A stretch of 64,000 bases of DNA. Source: Actinomycetota bacterium (lineage in GTDB: Bacteria > Actinomycetota > Geothermincolia > Geothermincolales > RBG-13-55-18). A program made the position numbers and the translations under genes. Below the pieces are notes generated by a model. It was not told the DNA's origin and did not search any database. It saw only the letters and a program-made list of their open reading frames with translations. This document shows, piece by piece, positions 36,526 through 50,298 of the stretch. The first letter of the stretch is position 1. Each line of letters opens with the position of its first letter. The stretch covers positions 126 through 64,125 of the forward strand of contig JABLXL010000030.1 of NCBI GenBank assembly GCA_013178005.1, read 5' to 3'.

Positions 36526-37862
36526 ATCCCGATGAGAAAGTACACCGCAAGTCCCAGGATATCCATCAGAGTGGCCAGGAACGGCTCGGATGCCTTCGAT
36601 GGGTCGCCGCGCAGGGCTTTCAACAGGAGGGGCAGAACGCTCCCCACCAGGGCGGCGAAAACGATGGTGCAGGCCATGGCGGAACCGACCACCAGGCCGA
36701 GGCGGGCGCTCTCGCCCATGGAGCGGGCGAAAACGGAGATAATAGCTCCGCTAACCACTGCGATAGCCACCCCGATGATCAGTTCCTTGCATACGCTCGC
36801 CGCGAACCTTCTCCCTCCCTCACCCTCGCCGAGGACCTCCACCGCCATGCGGGTGGCGCTCTGCATGGAGATCGCGCCGCCCATGGAGAGGATGGCTGGA
36901 ATAAAGAACACCAGCGCGATATGAGCCCGCATGGTGTCGGAGAAAGCCCTCAGGATGCCCCCCGCCACCAGCAACTCCAGCGCGAGGGCGATGATCACCC
37001 AGGGGAGCCGTCCCACGATGGCGGCCATAAATGGGTTGCGCTCCCTCTGCTCTTCCGCCTCCCAGGTCCCCGCCAGGCTGTAGATGTCCTCCTTCGCTTC
37101 CTCTTCAATGACGTCCATGACGTCGTCCACGGTGACTATTCCCAGCATCCCCCCCTCTTCGTCCACCACGGGAACCGCCAGCAGGTCGTAGCGGTCGATG
37201 AGGGCGGCCACCTTCTCCTGGTCTTCCTCCGGGCTCACGGTGATGAGGTTGCGGTGCATGATCTCCGCGACGGGGACCTCCGGGTCGGCAACGATGAGCT
37301 CGCGCAGGGAGTTAACACCGCTGAGGCGTCCCGCTTCATCCTGGAAATAAATGTAATATATCATCTCGATGCTGTCCGGGGCGTCGCGCAGCCTGTCCAA
37401 CACCTCCCCCACCGTGAGCGTGTCACTGAGAAGCATGGCGTCCGGGGTCATGAGGCCCCCCGCCGTCTCCTCTCCGTGCGCCATCAGGCGCCGCAACTGG
37501 CGCGCCTTATCGGGGTCCATGCCGGCAAGGAGCGCCTCCGTGGTCCGGGGAGGAAGGTCCGCGAGGAGGTCCACCGCGTCATCTGGAGGCATCTCGGCGA
37601 TGATGCGCCTCGCCAGGTCCCTGGCCAGACCCTGCAGCACCTCCACCTGCCCTTCCTCGGACATCTCGGGCAGCGCCTCCGAGGCCTCCTCCACGTCCCA
37701 GACACTGAAGATGCGCAGGCGATCCTCGTAGGGAATGCCCTCCAGCACCTCCGCGGCGTCGGCGGGCTGAAGCCCCTCGAGAAGCGCCAGCGCCGCGGCC
37801 ATCTTCCCGCGGGACAGGAGATCGCTTAGGCTTTCTCCCAGTAACTTGTTCCTATCTTCCAT
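36513..37862 (-). CDS. mgtE: Magnesium transporter MgtE
   Basis: MgtE-N domain, tandem CBS pair (…TVSPEEDQEKVAALIDRYDLLAVPVVD…) and a C-terminal 5-TM domain with the conserved GN…D region. Confidence 0.85.
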   Translation of the reverse strand: MEDRNKLLGESLSDLLSRGKMAAALALLEGLQPADAAEVLEGIPYEDRLRIFSVWDVEEASEALPEMSEEGQVEVLQGLARDLARRIIAEMPPDDAVDLLADLPPRTTEALLAGMDPDKARQLRRLMAHGEETAGGLMTPDAMLLSDTLTVGEVLDRLRDAPDSIEMIYYIYFQDEAGRLSGVNSLRELIVADPEVPVAEIMHRNLITVSPEEDQEKVAALIDRYDLLAVPVVDEEGGMLGIVTVDDVMDVIEEEAKEDIYSLAGTWEAEEQRERNPFMAAIVGRLPWVIIALALELLVAGGILRAFSDTMRAHIALVFFIPAILSMGGAISMQSATRMAVEVLGEGEGGRRFAASVCKELIIGVAIAVVSGAIISVFARSMGESARLGLVVGSAMACTIVFAALVGSVLPLLLKALRGDPSKASEPFLATLMDILGLAVYFLIGIWLI

Positions 37863-37895
37863 GCGAAAACCCTCCGGGGGGCTTTACGGATGCCG

Positions 37896-38828
37896 TCAGT
37901 AACCCAGGCGCCTGACCATCTGCGGCCTTTTCGCCCAGTCCTTCTCCACCGCCACCTTCAGTTGCAGGAAGACCTTCTCGCCCAGGAGGGGCTCGATCTC
38001 GGCACGCGCCCTGCTGCCGATATCCTTCAGCATCCTCCCCCCCTTGCCGATGATGATCCCCTTCTGGGATTCGCGCTCCACGTAGATCACCGCCTCGATG
38101 AACACCAGGTTCTTATCCTCCCGGCGCTCCATCTCCTCCACCACCACCGCGACGCTGTGGGGAACCTCCTCCCGCGTCAACTGCAGGACCTTTTCGCGGA
38201 TGAGTTCCGCCACGATGAAGTTCACCGGCTGGTCGGTGATCATGTCCTCGGGGTAATACTTGGGGCCCTCGGGGAGCATCTCCACTATGCGTTCTATGAG
38301 CGCGTGCACGTTCTCGCCCGTCTTGGCCGAGAGGGGGATGACGTCCGCGAACCTCCCCAGGTTGGAGGCCACCGCCAGCTGGGCCTCCACCTGGTCCCTG
38401 GTCAGGCGGTCTATTTTGTTGAGGACGGCCACCACCGGCGTCTCCAGCTCCGCCAGCTCTCCCGCGATGAACAGGTCCCCCTTCCCGATGTTCTGGGTTC
38501 CGTCCAGGATGAAGACCACGACATCTACCTCTTCGAGGGTCTCGCGCACGGCCTTGTTGAGCCTTTCCCCCAGCGCGTTCTTGGGCTTGTGAAAACCCGG
38601 CGTGTCCACGAAGATTACCTGCGCGTCCTCACGCGTGAGCACGCAGCGTATCTTGTTGCGGGTGGTCTGTGGTTTCTCGGAAATAATGGCCAGCTTGCGA
38701 TGCATGAGGTTGTTGAGAAGCGTAGATTTGCCTACGTTTGGCCTGCCCACCAGACCGACGAAACCGGACCGGTGCGGACTCTCCTCCTCCAAGATCCCCC
38801 CTTTCACTCCAGGCGAGCTTTCGCTCAT
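37896..38828 (-). CDS. era: GTPase Era
   Basis: G1 GRPNVGKST, G3 DTPG, G4 NKID, and a C-terminal KH domain. The start was chosen at MSESSPG, since the longer ORF-track N-terminus looks non-coding. Confidence 0.85.
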   Translation of the reverse strand: MSESSPGVKGGILEEESPHRSGFVGLVGRPNVGKSTLLNNLMHRKLAIISEKPQTTRNKIRCVLTREDAQVIFVDTPGFHKPKNALGERLNKAVRETLEEVDVVVFILDGTQNIGKGDLFIAGELAELETPVVAVLNKIDRLTRDQVEAQLAVASNLGRFADVIPLSAKTGENVHALIERIVEMLPEGPKYYPEDMITDQPVNFIVAELIREKVLQLTREEVPHSVAVVVEEMERREDKNLVFIEAVIYVERESQKGIIIGKGGRMLKDIGSRARAEIEPLLGEKVFLQLKVAVEKDWAKRPQMVRRLGY

Positions 38829-39138
38829 CCGGGCGCTTCCCGCTGCCCGACGCCCGGACCCAACGTCCGTAAGCGGGTTACACGACAAAGATATTATGAC
38901 ATATGCCGCCGCCGTTGCAGGCTCCCTACAGCAGGAAAATCCCCTTTTCCTCATCTTGGTCATGCTTGTATTGTCAGGATGGCATGGCGCCCTCCGGCCT
39001 CTTTCAACCCGGAAAGCGTCCACCGAGACGATACAGCATCCGCAGGCGCGGCGCGGGTTTTGTGCTCCCGTGGGCCTTGCACGGAAATCCAGGCCGCCGG
39101 ACAGTCCTTGAAAGGCTCCCGGCGCAGAGCCTCCGTCG

Positions 39139-40314
39139 CTATATCTGGGAGAACCTTCTCATCTGGATATTGGTGAGCAACCCCACCGACGCCAGGCTCA
39201 CGATGAGGTTGTTGCCTCCGTAGCTGATGAAGGGGAGGGGTATGCCGGTGATGGGCATAATACCCATGGTCATGCCGATATTCACCACAATCTGGAAGGC
39301 GAACATGGAGACGATCCCGAAGGCGATCATGGTGCCGTAGAAATCGCGGGAGTTGCTGGCGATGCGCACCGCCCGCCACAAAAAGAGGCAGAAGACCCCT
39401 ATGAGGAGCAGGGCTCCCAGCATGCCCAGCTCCTCCCCGATCACCGCGAAGATAAAATCGGTGTGGTGCGCGGGGATGAAGTTCAGGTTGGTCTGGGTTC
39501 CCTGCATCAACCCCTTTCCCACCAGTTGCCCCGACCCTATGGCTATCTTGGACTGCAGGAGGTGGTATCCCGCCTCCTGGATATTGGAGCCCTGGCGCAG
39601 GAAGGCGGCGAAGCGCTCCACCTGGTAGGGCTTGAATATGTGGAACACAAACCCGAAGATGAACCCCATGATGCCGGCGCCCACCAGTCCCAGCCAGTAC
39701 CTCATGCGGCACCCCACTAAAAAGAGCATGCCCAGAAGGATAGCGGCGAGGACGAGGGTGGTTCCCAGGTCGGGCTGGAGGAAGACCAGGAGCATATAGG
39801 GCGCCGCCCAGGCCACGGGGAGGATGAAGCTGCGCAGGGAATCCGGGTCCGCCTTGTTGTCCGAGAAGAAGTTCGCCAGCACCAGGATAAGCACCAGCTT
39901 GCAGTACTCCGAGGGCTGGAAATTGATAAAGCCGAGGGAGATCCAGCGCGACGACCCCATGACCCTCTCGGTGAGCAGCACGGCCGCGAGCAGCACCAGG
40001 AAAAACCCGTAGACGAAGGGGCTCGCTACCTTTAGCCGGCGGTAGTCGAAGCTCATGAGGACCCCCATGAGCACCAGGCCGATGATGAGGTTGATTGAGG
40101 TGCGCAGGACGTAATAGGTGGGGTTTCCTGGGATGTCATCGCGGGTGGCGCTGTACTGGATCAACATCCCGAAGCCCACCAGGAAGAGGGTGAGGGCGAG
40201 CAGGGTCCAGTCCACGTGGCGGATGGGCAGGCCGCTCAGGCGGCGGGCGACCTCGTCCGTCTGCCTCCTCTCCGTCACCTTGGGCGCGAGCACCCGGCCC
40301 AGCCTCTGGGGCAT
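39139..40314 (-). CDS. rodA: Rod shape-determining protein RodA (SEDS family)
   Basis: FtsW/RodA/SpoVE 10-TM architecture. Immediately downstream of PBP2 in the mre cluster. Confidence 0.85.
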   Translation of the reverse strand: MPQRLGRVLAPKVTERRQTDEVARRLSGLPIRHVDWTLLALTLFLVGFGMLIQYSATRDDIPGNPTYYVLRTSINLIIGLVLMGVLMSFDYRRLKVASPFVYGFFLVLLAAVLLTERVMGSSRWISLGFINFQPSEYCKLVLILVLANFFSDNKADPDSLRSFILPVAWAAPYMLLVFLQPDLGTTLVLAAILLGMLFLVGCRMRYWLGLVGAGIMGFIFGFVFHIFKPYQVERFAAFLRQGSNIQEAGYHLLQSKIAIGSGQLVGKGLMQGTQTNLNFIPAHHTDFIFAVIGEELGMLGALLLIGVFCLFLWRAVRIASNSRDFYGTMIAFGIVSMFAFQIVVNIGMTMGIMPITGIPLPFISYGGNNLIVSLASVGLLTNIQMRRFSQI

Positions 40315-40327
40315 GCCTTCCTCCCGA

Positions 40328-42280
40328 TCAGTCGCCCACGGGCCCGACCTGGCCCTGGCCCGGCTCTATGCCGTAGATGTATTCGAGGATGCGCCGCGCC
40401 ACCGGCGCCGCCATTGCGCCCCCGAAGCCGCCCTCCTCGATCATCACCACCACCACGTACTGGGGATCGTTGGCGGGAGCGTAGCAGGCGAACCACGCGC
40501 ATGGCTGCTTGCCCTGCACCTCCGCCGTGCCCGTCTTGCCCGCCACCGGCACCGCCTGAAGCGGAAAACCCTGGAAGGCTCCCGCCGCGGTGCCCTGCCC
40601 GGAGGTGACCCCTGTCAAGGCGCTGCGGATCACCGCCAGCTTGTCCTTGTCGATGTGCACTCCCAGGATATTGTCGGCGCTGGTGATATCGCCCAGCTTC
40701 TGGGGTTGTATCGACTCCACCGTCTCCCCCTGCCAGGTGATGATCTCCTTGCCCACGTGAGGACGGTAGAAAGGTCCCCCGTTGGCGATGGCCGCGTAGA
40801 CGTTGGCGAGCTGCAGTGGGGTGACCAGCACGTCGCCCTGGCCCACCGCGAGGTTGACGGTGTCCCCGGGATACCAGCGCTGGTAATCCGGGTTGCCCTG
40901 GTTGAACTCCCATTTCCACTGCGGCGTAGGCACCCTGCCCTCGAACTCGTTGGGAAGGTCCACCCCCGTGAGGCTTCCCAGCCCGGCCAACCTGGCGTAG
41001 TCCTGCAGTCTCGTCACCCATCCTTCTTTCTCGCGGTTCTCGTAAATGGAATAACCGAGATCGTAGAAGACCACGTCACAAGATTCAGCGATGGCGTTGA
41101 CGAAATCGATGGCCCCGTGCGTTCCCCAGCAGGTCTTCGGGAATTGCTGGAACTCGCCCCGGTTGAAAACATGGTTGCAGTAGAAGGGCGAGTATGCCGT
41201 GACCCCCAGGTCCTGCAGCGCCGCCATGGCCGTGATCACCTTGAAGGTCGACCCCGGGGGATACTGGCCCACGATGGCCCGGTTGTTGAGGGGGTAGTTG
41301 TTGGCGGGGTCGTTGAGCACGGCCCATTCCTCCTCGTCTATCCCCCCCACGAAGTTCTCCAGGTTAAAGGTGGGCTCGCTGGCCATGGCGAGGATCTCTC
41401 CCGTGCGCGGGTCGAGGACCACCGCCGCGCCCGCGGGGGCGGAGTAGTTCTTTCCCCTCTCCCTGTCGTAATAGGTGCGCGCCTTCTCCATGCCCTCGCG
41501 CAGGGCGCCCTCCACGGCTTTCTGGAGATTTTTGTCCAGGGTGAGGATGACCGTCTTCCCGGGATTGCGCTCCTCCTCCCCGAGCACCCGCAAGGGCTTC
41601 CCCGAGGCGTCCACCTCCACGATGCGCTTCCCGTCGATGCCCCGAAGGGTGTCCTCGTAATACGCTTCCACCCCCGAGGTTCCCACGATATCGCCCGCCT
41701 TGTAGCCCTTCTCCTTGAGGGTCTCCAGCTGTTCCTGGCTGATCTCGCCCAGGTACCCCAACACGTGGGCCGCCAGCGTCTCCTCGCCCTCGTGGTATTC
41801 GCGCACCGGCATCTCGTCCGCCTCCACCCACGGGAAGTCGACCTGCCGCTCGGCGATGTAGAAATACACCTCCGGCTCCACGTCCTTCTTGATCAACACC
41901 CGCTTGTGGGGCTGCACCTCGTTTCCCTCCAGCTTCTTCAGGATGTCCTCGGGCTCCATTTCCAGCATTTCCGCCAGGCGGGCGACCTCACCTTCCTTGT
42001 CCTCGAGCTTCTCGAACTCCGTGGGGAGCACGAATATGGAAAGGGCCTGGCGGTTGATGACCATCTCCTCCCCGTTGCGGTCGAGTATGTTCCCGCGGTT
42101 GGCCTCCAGGGGCACCTCGCGGATGCGGTTGCCTTCCGCCATCACCTTGTAGTGGTCGCCCTGCACCACCTGCAGGAACCACAGCCGCACCACCAGCACC
42201 GCCATCAGCGCGCCCAGGAACATCACGAAGAGGGTGAAGCGGTGGACCATCGCTCCCTGTTGCTGCGGGTTAACGGGCAT
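40328..42280 (-). CDS. mrdA: Penicillin-binding protein 2 (elongasome transpeptidase)
   Basis: N-terminal TM, PBP dimerisation domain, transpeptidase motifs STFK, SxN (…SCD…) and KTGT. Confidence 0.85.
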   Translation of the reverse strand: MPVNPQQQGAMVHRFTLFVMFLGALMAVLVVRLWFLQVVQGDHYKVMAEGNRIREVPLEANRGNILDRNGEEMVINRQALSIFVLPTEFEKLEDKEGEVARLAEMLEMEPEDILKKLEGNEVQPHKRVLIKKDVEPEVYFYIAERQVDFPWVEADEMPVREYHEGEETLAAHVLGYLGEISQEQLETLKEKGYKAGDIVGTSGVEAYYEDTLRGIDGKRIVEVDASGKPLRVLGEEERNPGKTVILTLDKNLQKAVEGALREGMEKARTYYDRERGKNYSAPAGAAVVLDPRTGEILAMASEPTFNLENFVGGIDEEEWAVLNDPANNYPLNNRAIVGQYPPGSTFKVITAMAALQDLGVTAYSPFYCNHVFNRGEFQQFPKTCWGTHGAIDFVNAIAESCDVVFYDLGYSIYENREKEGWVTRLQDYARLAGLGSLTGVDLPNEFEGRVPTPQWKWEFNQGNPDYQRWYPGDTVNLAVGQGDVLVTPLQLANVYAAIANGGPFYRPHVGKEIITWQGETVESIQPQKLGDITSADNILGVHIDKDKLAVIRSALTGVTSGQGTAAGAFQGFPLQAVPVAGKTGTAEVQGKQPCAWFACYAPANDPQYVVVVMIEEGGFGGAMAAPVARRILEYIYGIEPGQGQVGPVGD

Positions 42281-42301
42281 GGGCGCTCGACCTCCCCTTC
42301 C

Positions 42302-42802
42302 TCACTGGAACATGAGGGTTCTCTCCTCCCCCAGCGCGAAGCGGCCTATAACCGGGTATATGGCCAGGGTGAGCAGGGCGTTGTAAAGCGCCAGGCCCGC
42401 TATGATGCCGAAGCTGAAGGGAGGTCGGTCCTCGAGGCCCACCATGGCCCAGGTGGCGAACTTCACCAGCTCATGCAGGATGGAGGCGAAGAACACTATG
42501 GCCATGGGCCAGGCCACCGATTTGGAGACGATGCGCTGGCGAAGCTCGCCGCAGAAATACCCGATGATGGTCTTGGCGAAGGCGCCCACGCCGAGCACCG
42601 CGGTGGAGAACACGTCCTCTAGCAGCCCGCCGAAGAACCCGAAGAGCGCGCCCTGTCCGGGGCCTTCGAAGAGGGCCCAGCATACCGCGGCCACCAGGAT
42701 GACGTCCGGCCTTACTGTGCCCACGCTTATCTCCGGCGCCACGGTAAGCTGCACCAGAAGCGTCGCCACCAGCACCACGAAAAAGGTCAACCTTCTATGC
42801 AA
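42302..42802 (-). CDS. mreD: Rod shape-determining protein MreD
   Basis: 166 aa polytopic membrane protein between mreC and mrdA. Confidence 0.75.
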   Translation of the reverse strand: MHRRLTFFVVLVATLLVQLTVAPEISVGTVRPDVILVAAVCWALFEGPGQGALFGFFGGLLEDVFSTAVLGVGAFAKTIIGYFCGELRQRIVSKSVAWPMAIVFFASILHELVKFATWAMVGLEDRPPFSFGIIAGLALYNALLTLAIYPVIGRFALGEERTLMFQ

Positions 42803-42809
42803 AATCGCC

Positions 42810-43682
42810 TCACTTTTCTACGCTCGCGGCCTCGATGGGCTCGGTGCGCGGCAACGGCGAGACAACCACCATCACCTTGCTCAGGCGCGTCATGCTCGCG
42901 CGCGGCTCGACCACGATGCCCACCGAGAGGTCGGCCCTGCGCTCGCTGATCTCGGTGATGTTTCCGACGGGCAACCCCGCAGGGCAGGTTCCCCCCAGGC
43001 CGGAGGTCACCACCAGGTCCCCCGTCTTCACCTCCGCGTCCTGGTTGAGCAGCTCCATGCGCACGCCGTCCCTCCCCTCTCCCCGCAGCACTCCTAGCTC
43101 CCCGTTGGCCTGCAGCATGGCGCCCACGGAGCTCTTCTCGTCGGTGATCAGCTGCACCACCGACGCCTCGGAGGTGCAGAGTATTATCCTTCCCACCAGG
43201 CTCCCGTCCTCGCTCAGAACGGCCATATATTCGCGCAGGCCGTCGGAATAACCCGCCCCTATCTGGATGGTCTGTTCCCATATGTCCGGGTTGGCCCCGA
43301 TCACGTCGACCACCAGGAACTCGAAGTCGGGGTTGTTCTCCTTCACCTCGATCATCTTCTTGAGCCTCTCGTTTTCCAGCCTGAGGGCTTCCAGCTCGTC
43401 CGCGTTCTCCTGCAGGTCCCTGACCTCCTCCATCAACCGGTCGCGCTCGCCCCTCGCCTTCCCCAGGTCCATGACGAACCCGATCCCGTCTTTGACCGGG
43501 CTCAAGACCTTGCTCATGCCCTTCTGGAGTGGGGAGACGATGTCCAGCGAGAGGCGCTGCAGGCGGTGGAAGAGCCCGTCCTTGCTCTCGCGGGAATAAA
43601 CGGTGACCAGGAGCACGCAGATGATTACCAGGGTGATTACCAGCGCTCGCTGTCTGCGGTTCTGTCTTTCAATCATGATCAT
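42810..43682 (-). CDS. mreC: Rod shape-determining protein MreC
   Basis: N-terminal TM, coiled coil (LRLENERLKKMIE) and C-terminal beta domains. The start was set to the internal MIMIERQ. Confidence 0.8.
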   Translation of the reverse strand: MIMIERQNRRQRALVITLVIICVLLVTVYSRESKDGLFHRLQRLSLDIVSPLQKGMSKVLSPVKDGIGFVMDLGKARGERDRLMEEVRDLQENADELEALRLENERLKKMIEVKENNPDFEFLVVDVIGANPDIWEQTIQIGAGYSDGLREYMAVLSEDGSLVGRIILCTSEASVVQLITDEKSSVGAMLQANGELGVLRGEGRDGVRMELLNQDAEVKTGDLVVTSGLGGTCPAGLPVGNITEISERRADLSVGIVVEPRASMTRLSKVMVVVSPLPRTEPIEAASVEK

Positions 43683-43693
43683 CCGGCCCCGGT

Positions 43694-44788
<1,095 letters not shown>

Positions 44789-44959
44789 CTATCATACGCC
44801 ATGTTTTCAAAATGCCGGCAACCGCCACCTGACCTTACTTCGCTGTCCCCTCTCCCACTTCCTCCCGGATGGGGAAAATGCCTGCTCAATGGGTAGATGG
44901 CCCGGCGAGCCGGAGAGTTCCACCGCGCTCGCCGTCCCGAACCCGCCCCTCACGGCTGC

Positions 44960-45003
44960 CTCAAAGGCCGGGGAAGAAAATCTCGATCTCGCGCGCCGCG
45001 CTC
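44960..45003. repeat. Perfect 44-45 bp direct duplicate of the 3' end of ndk (the coding copy is at 45060-45105), lying 100 bp downstream of ndk in the ndk-mreB intergenic region
   Basis: ctcaaaggccggggaagaaaatctcgatctcgcgcgccgcgct occurs twice. The second copy encodes the Ndk C-terminus …[12 protein letters not shown] on the minus strand. Confidence 0.8.
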
Positions 45004-45060
45004 CCACGACTGAAACCGCCATTTCAAACGCCGCCCGCCCCTTGCGGCGCGTCACGTGTC

Positions 45061-45471
45061 TCAAAGGCCGGGGAAGAAAATCTCGATCTCGCGCGCCGCG
45101 CTCTCCGGGCCGTCGGATCCGTGCACGACGTTCTCGGTTATCTCCACCGCGAAATCGCCCCTTATAGTCCCGGGAGGTGCCTGCTTGGGGTCGGTGGGCC
45201 CCATGAGCTTGCGGACCTGGGATATGGCCGACTCCCCCTCCAGCACCATGGCCACCACCTCGCCAGAGGTGATGAAGGAAAGGAGTTCTGGATAGAAGGG
45301 TTTTTCCACGTGCTCGGCGTAATGGCGCGCCGCCATCTCCTCGTCCACCAGGAGCATGCGCATCGCAGCGATGCGCAGCCCCACGCGCTCGAAACGCGAG
45401 ATCACCTCGCCAACCAGCCCCCTCCTCACGCCGTCGGGCTTGACCAACACCAGCGTCCTCTCTTTGGTCAT
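45061..45471 (-). CDS. ndk: Nucleoside diphosphate kinase
   Basis: [12 protein letters not shown]…, and the active-site His region …NVVHGSD…; 136 aa. Confidence 0.9.
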   Translation of the reverse strand: MTKERTLVLVKPDGVRRGLVGEVISRFERVGLRIAAMRMLLVDEEMAARHYAEHVEKPFYPELLSFITSGEVVAMVLEGESAISQVRKLMGPTDPKQAPPGTIRGDFAVEITENVVHGSDGPESAAREIEIFFPGL

Positions 45472-45663
45472 TGCCTCCTCCTCTATGGTGGTTTCAGATC
45501 TTGCCCTTTATTGAATCTCCTGGCATCCGATTAACCGAGACATTGAACCCCTCGCTCCAACAGTCCCTCGTGAAACGCCCCCAGGGGAAGCGAAACGCTC
45601 CCTTATCGGCTTTGTCCGGCGCCGTCCGTACTTTCGGATGGGCATGTACTTTTCCCCTTCCCC

Positions 45664-47025
45664 TTATTCCGGTTTCAGGCCCAGGGCGGTCCGGGCCTCT
45701 CCCACCGTGTACAGCGAGCCGGTGACGCACACGAGGTCGCTGACCGCGGCCAGGGTGCGGGCGAACCTCACCGCCTCTCCCACCTGCTCCACCACCACGC
45801 AGTCCCTGCCCAGCCCCTTGACCATCTCGGCGAGGCGATGAGCGGGGGTGGCGCGCTCATCCGCGCTCTGGGTGACCACCACGGTGTCCGCCAGGGGAAG
45901 CAGCACCCCGAGCATGGTCCCGGCATCCTTGTCCTCCAGGATGCCCACCACCAGGATGCAGCGGTCATAATCCAGGTCGTTGGCTAGGACCTGCGCCAGC
46001 CGGGCCGCGCCGTCGGGATTGTGGGCTCCGTCCAGGATCACCAGGGGATCGCGCGAGACCACCTCCAGGCGCCCGGGAGATTTGACCCGCCGCAGGCCCA
46101 TCTCCACCTCGGTGGAGGAGAGGTCCGCCATGGTGCCGGCGTAGCATTCGCAGGCGGCCACGGCGCACGCGGCGTTTACCGCCTGGTGGTCCCCCAGGAG
46201 GGGCAGGAAGAGGTCGGGGTAGTCCCGCAGCAAACCTTTAATGCCAACCGCCTGCCCGATCTTTCCCGTTTCCACGCCGTAGGTCAGGTTGTAGAGGAGG
46301 GAGAAGTCCCTGCCGAAGAGCTTCAGGTTGGATTTTTTTTCCTCGCAAACCTCAGCTATTACCTCTAGGGAGGAGGGATCGCTTACGGCGGAGACAACGT
46401 AGCTGTCGTCCTTGATGATGCCCGCTTTCTGCCAGGCTATCTTCTCCAAGGTGTCTCCAAGCTCCGCCATGTGGTCGAAGGCCACGCTGGTGATTACCTG
46501 TACTTTCGAATCAAGCAGGTTGGTGGCGTCCCACCTTCCCCCCAAACCCACCTCGATTACCCCCACGTCCACCCTTCGCTGGGCGAAATAGAGGAAAGCC
46601 ATGGCGGTGGTGATCTCGAAGTAGCTCAAGGGGTCTCCGGTCTCCCGGTCCGTCTCCTCCACCATGGGCCTGACCTTCTCCAGGGTGGACGCAAAATCGC
46701 GCTCCGATATCGGCCTGCCGTCCACGCATATGCGCTCGGTTATGCTCTGCATGTGAGGAGAGGTGTAACGGGCCACCTTCCTCCCTCCCACCTCCAGGAT
46801 GGAGGCGACCATGCGTGCCACGGAGGTCTTTCCGTTGGTGCCGGTGATATGGATGGAAGGGAATCTCAACTGGGGGTTTCCGAGCTTGGAGAGGAGGACG
46901 CGAATGCGGTCGAGGCTCGGCTTTATGCCGTGCATCGCCGATTTCGCGAGGTACTCCTCCGCCTCCCTGAAGTCCACCGTTCCTCCCTCATGCGGTCGGA
47001 TATTGATCCTTGAGATGCTTGCCAT
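45664..47025 (-). CDS. folC: Folylpolyglutamate synthase / dihydrofolate synthase (Mur ligase family)
   Basis: HITGTNGKTS P-loop, Mur-ligase middle and C-terminal domains. Confidence 0.85.
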   Translation of the reverse strand: MASISRINIRPHEGGTVDFREAEEYLAKSAMHGIKPSLDRIRVLLSKLGNPQLRFPSIHITGTNGKTSVARMVASILEVGGRKVARYTSPHMQSITERICVDGRPISERDFASTLEKVRPMVEETDRETGDPLSYFEITTAMAFLYFAQRRVDVGVIEVGLGGRWDATNLLDSKVQVITSVAFDHMAELGDTLEKIAWQKAGIIKDDSYVVSAVSDPSSLEVIAEVCEEKKSNLKLFGRDFSLLYNLTYGVETGKIGQAVGIKGLLRDYPDLFLPLLGDHQAVNAACAVAACECYAGTMADLSSTEVEMGLRRVKSPGRLEVVSRDPLVILDGAHNPDGAARLAQVLANDLDYDRCILVVGILEDKDAGTMLGVLLPLADTVVVTQSADERATPAHRLAEMVKGLGRDCVVVEQVGEAVRFARTLAAVSDLVCVTGSLYTVGEARTALGLKPE

Positions 47026-47106
47026 TAATCACCTTGGGTTTGCCTTTGTGCAAACCCGCCGCCCTTCCCGGTGCCTGGAAGGAATATCATGGATGGCGTT
47101 TCAAGG

Positions 47107-49776
<2,670 letters not shown>

Positions 49777-49907
49777 TCCCTTATCCTCCTTGCCCTGGTT
49801 CGCTGCGCCGAGCGCTCACCTGAAGGAACGATCCGCGCCTCAATGCATGGTAAAAAGCGCCGCCGCCCTTTGTCAAACCTCACGCCGCGCTTTCCTCCCC
49901 CACCCGG

Positions 49908-50290
49908 CCGCCTGCATCGCGAAAGCGATTGCGCCGAGCGGAGCGAGGCGCAACGGTGCCAGCGCGTTGTGTCGCGAAGCGATGCAAGGCCTGGCACGCA
50001 TACACCCGGATTCAAACACCGGGTTTTCCCTCCCCCGCCCGACCGCCTGCATCGCGGAAGCGATTGCGCCGCAGGCGCGACGGTGCCAGTGCGTTGTGTC
50101 GCGAAGCGATGCAAGGCCTGGCACGCATACACCCGGATACATACCCCGGGTTTTCCACTCCCTCTTCGACCGCCTGCATCGCGGAAGCGATTGCGCCGAA
50201 GGCGCAACGGTGCCAGCGCGTTGTGTCGCGGAGCGATGCAAGGCCTGGCACGCATATGCCCGGATACATACCCAGGGCCTCGGTGGTAGA
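49908..50290. repeat. Tandem array of three ~127-135-bp units in the valS / small-membrane-protein divergent region. The units contain internal short palindromes (tgcatcgcgaaagcga … tcgcgaagcgatgca).
   Basis: Unit starts are at 49908, 50043 and 50170 (ccgcctgcatcgcg.aagcgattgcgccg…ggtgccagcgcgttgtgtcgcgaagcgatgcaaggcctggcacgcata…cccgg). Identity is about 90-95%. Confidence 0.85.
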
Positions 50291-50298
50291 ATTAGCCC

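Noticed and set aside
40118-42622. 834-aa plus-strand ORF antisense to mrdA/rodA
   Set aside because: His/Arg/Gly/Leu low-complexity. The opposite strand encodes PBP2 and RodA with canonical motifs.
49777-49910. T-box riboswitch leader upstream of valS
   Set aside because: A partial GGGTGG is present, but there is no T-box consensus (…AGGGTGGNACCGCG…) and no specifier-loop or antiterminator architecture. It is probably just a GC-rich leader.
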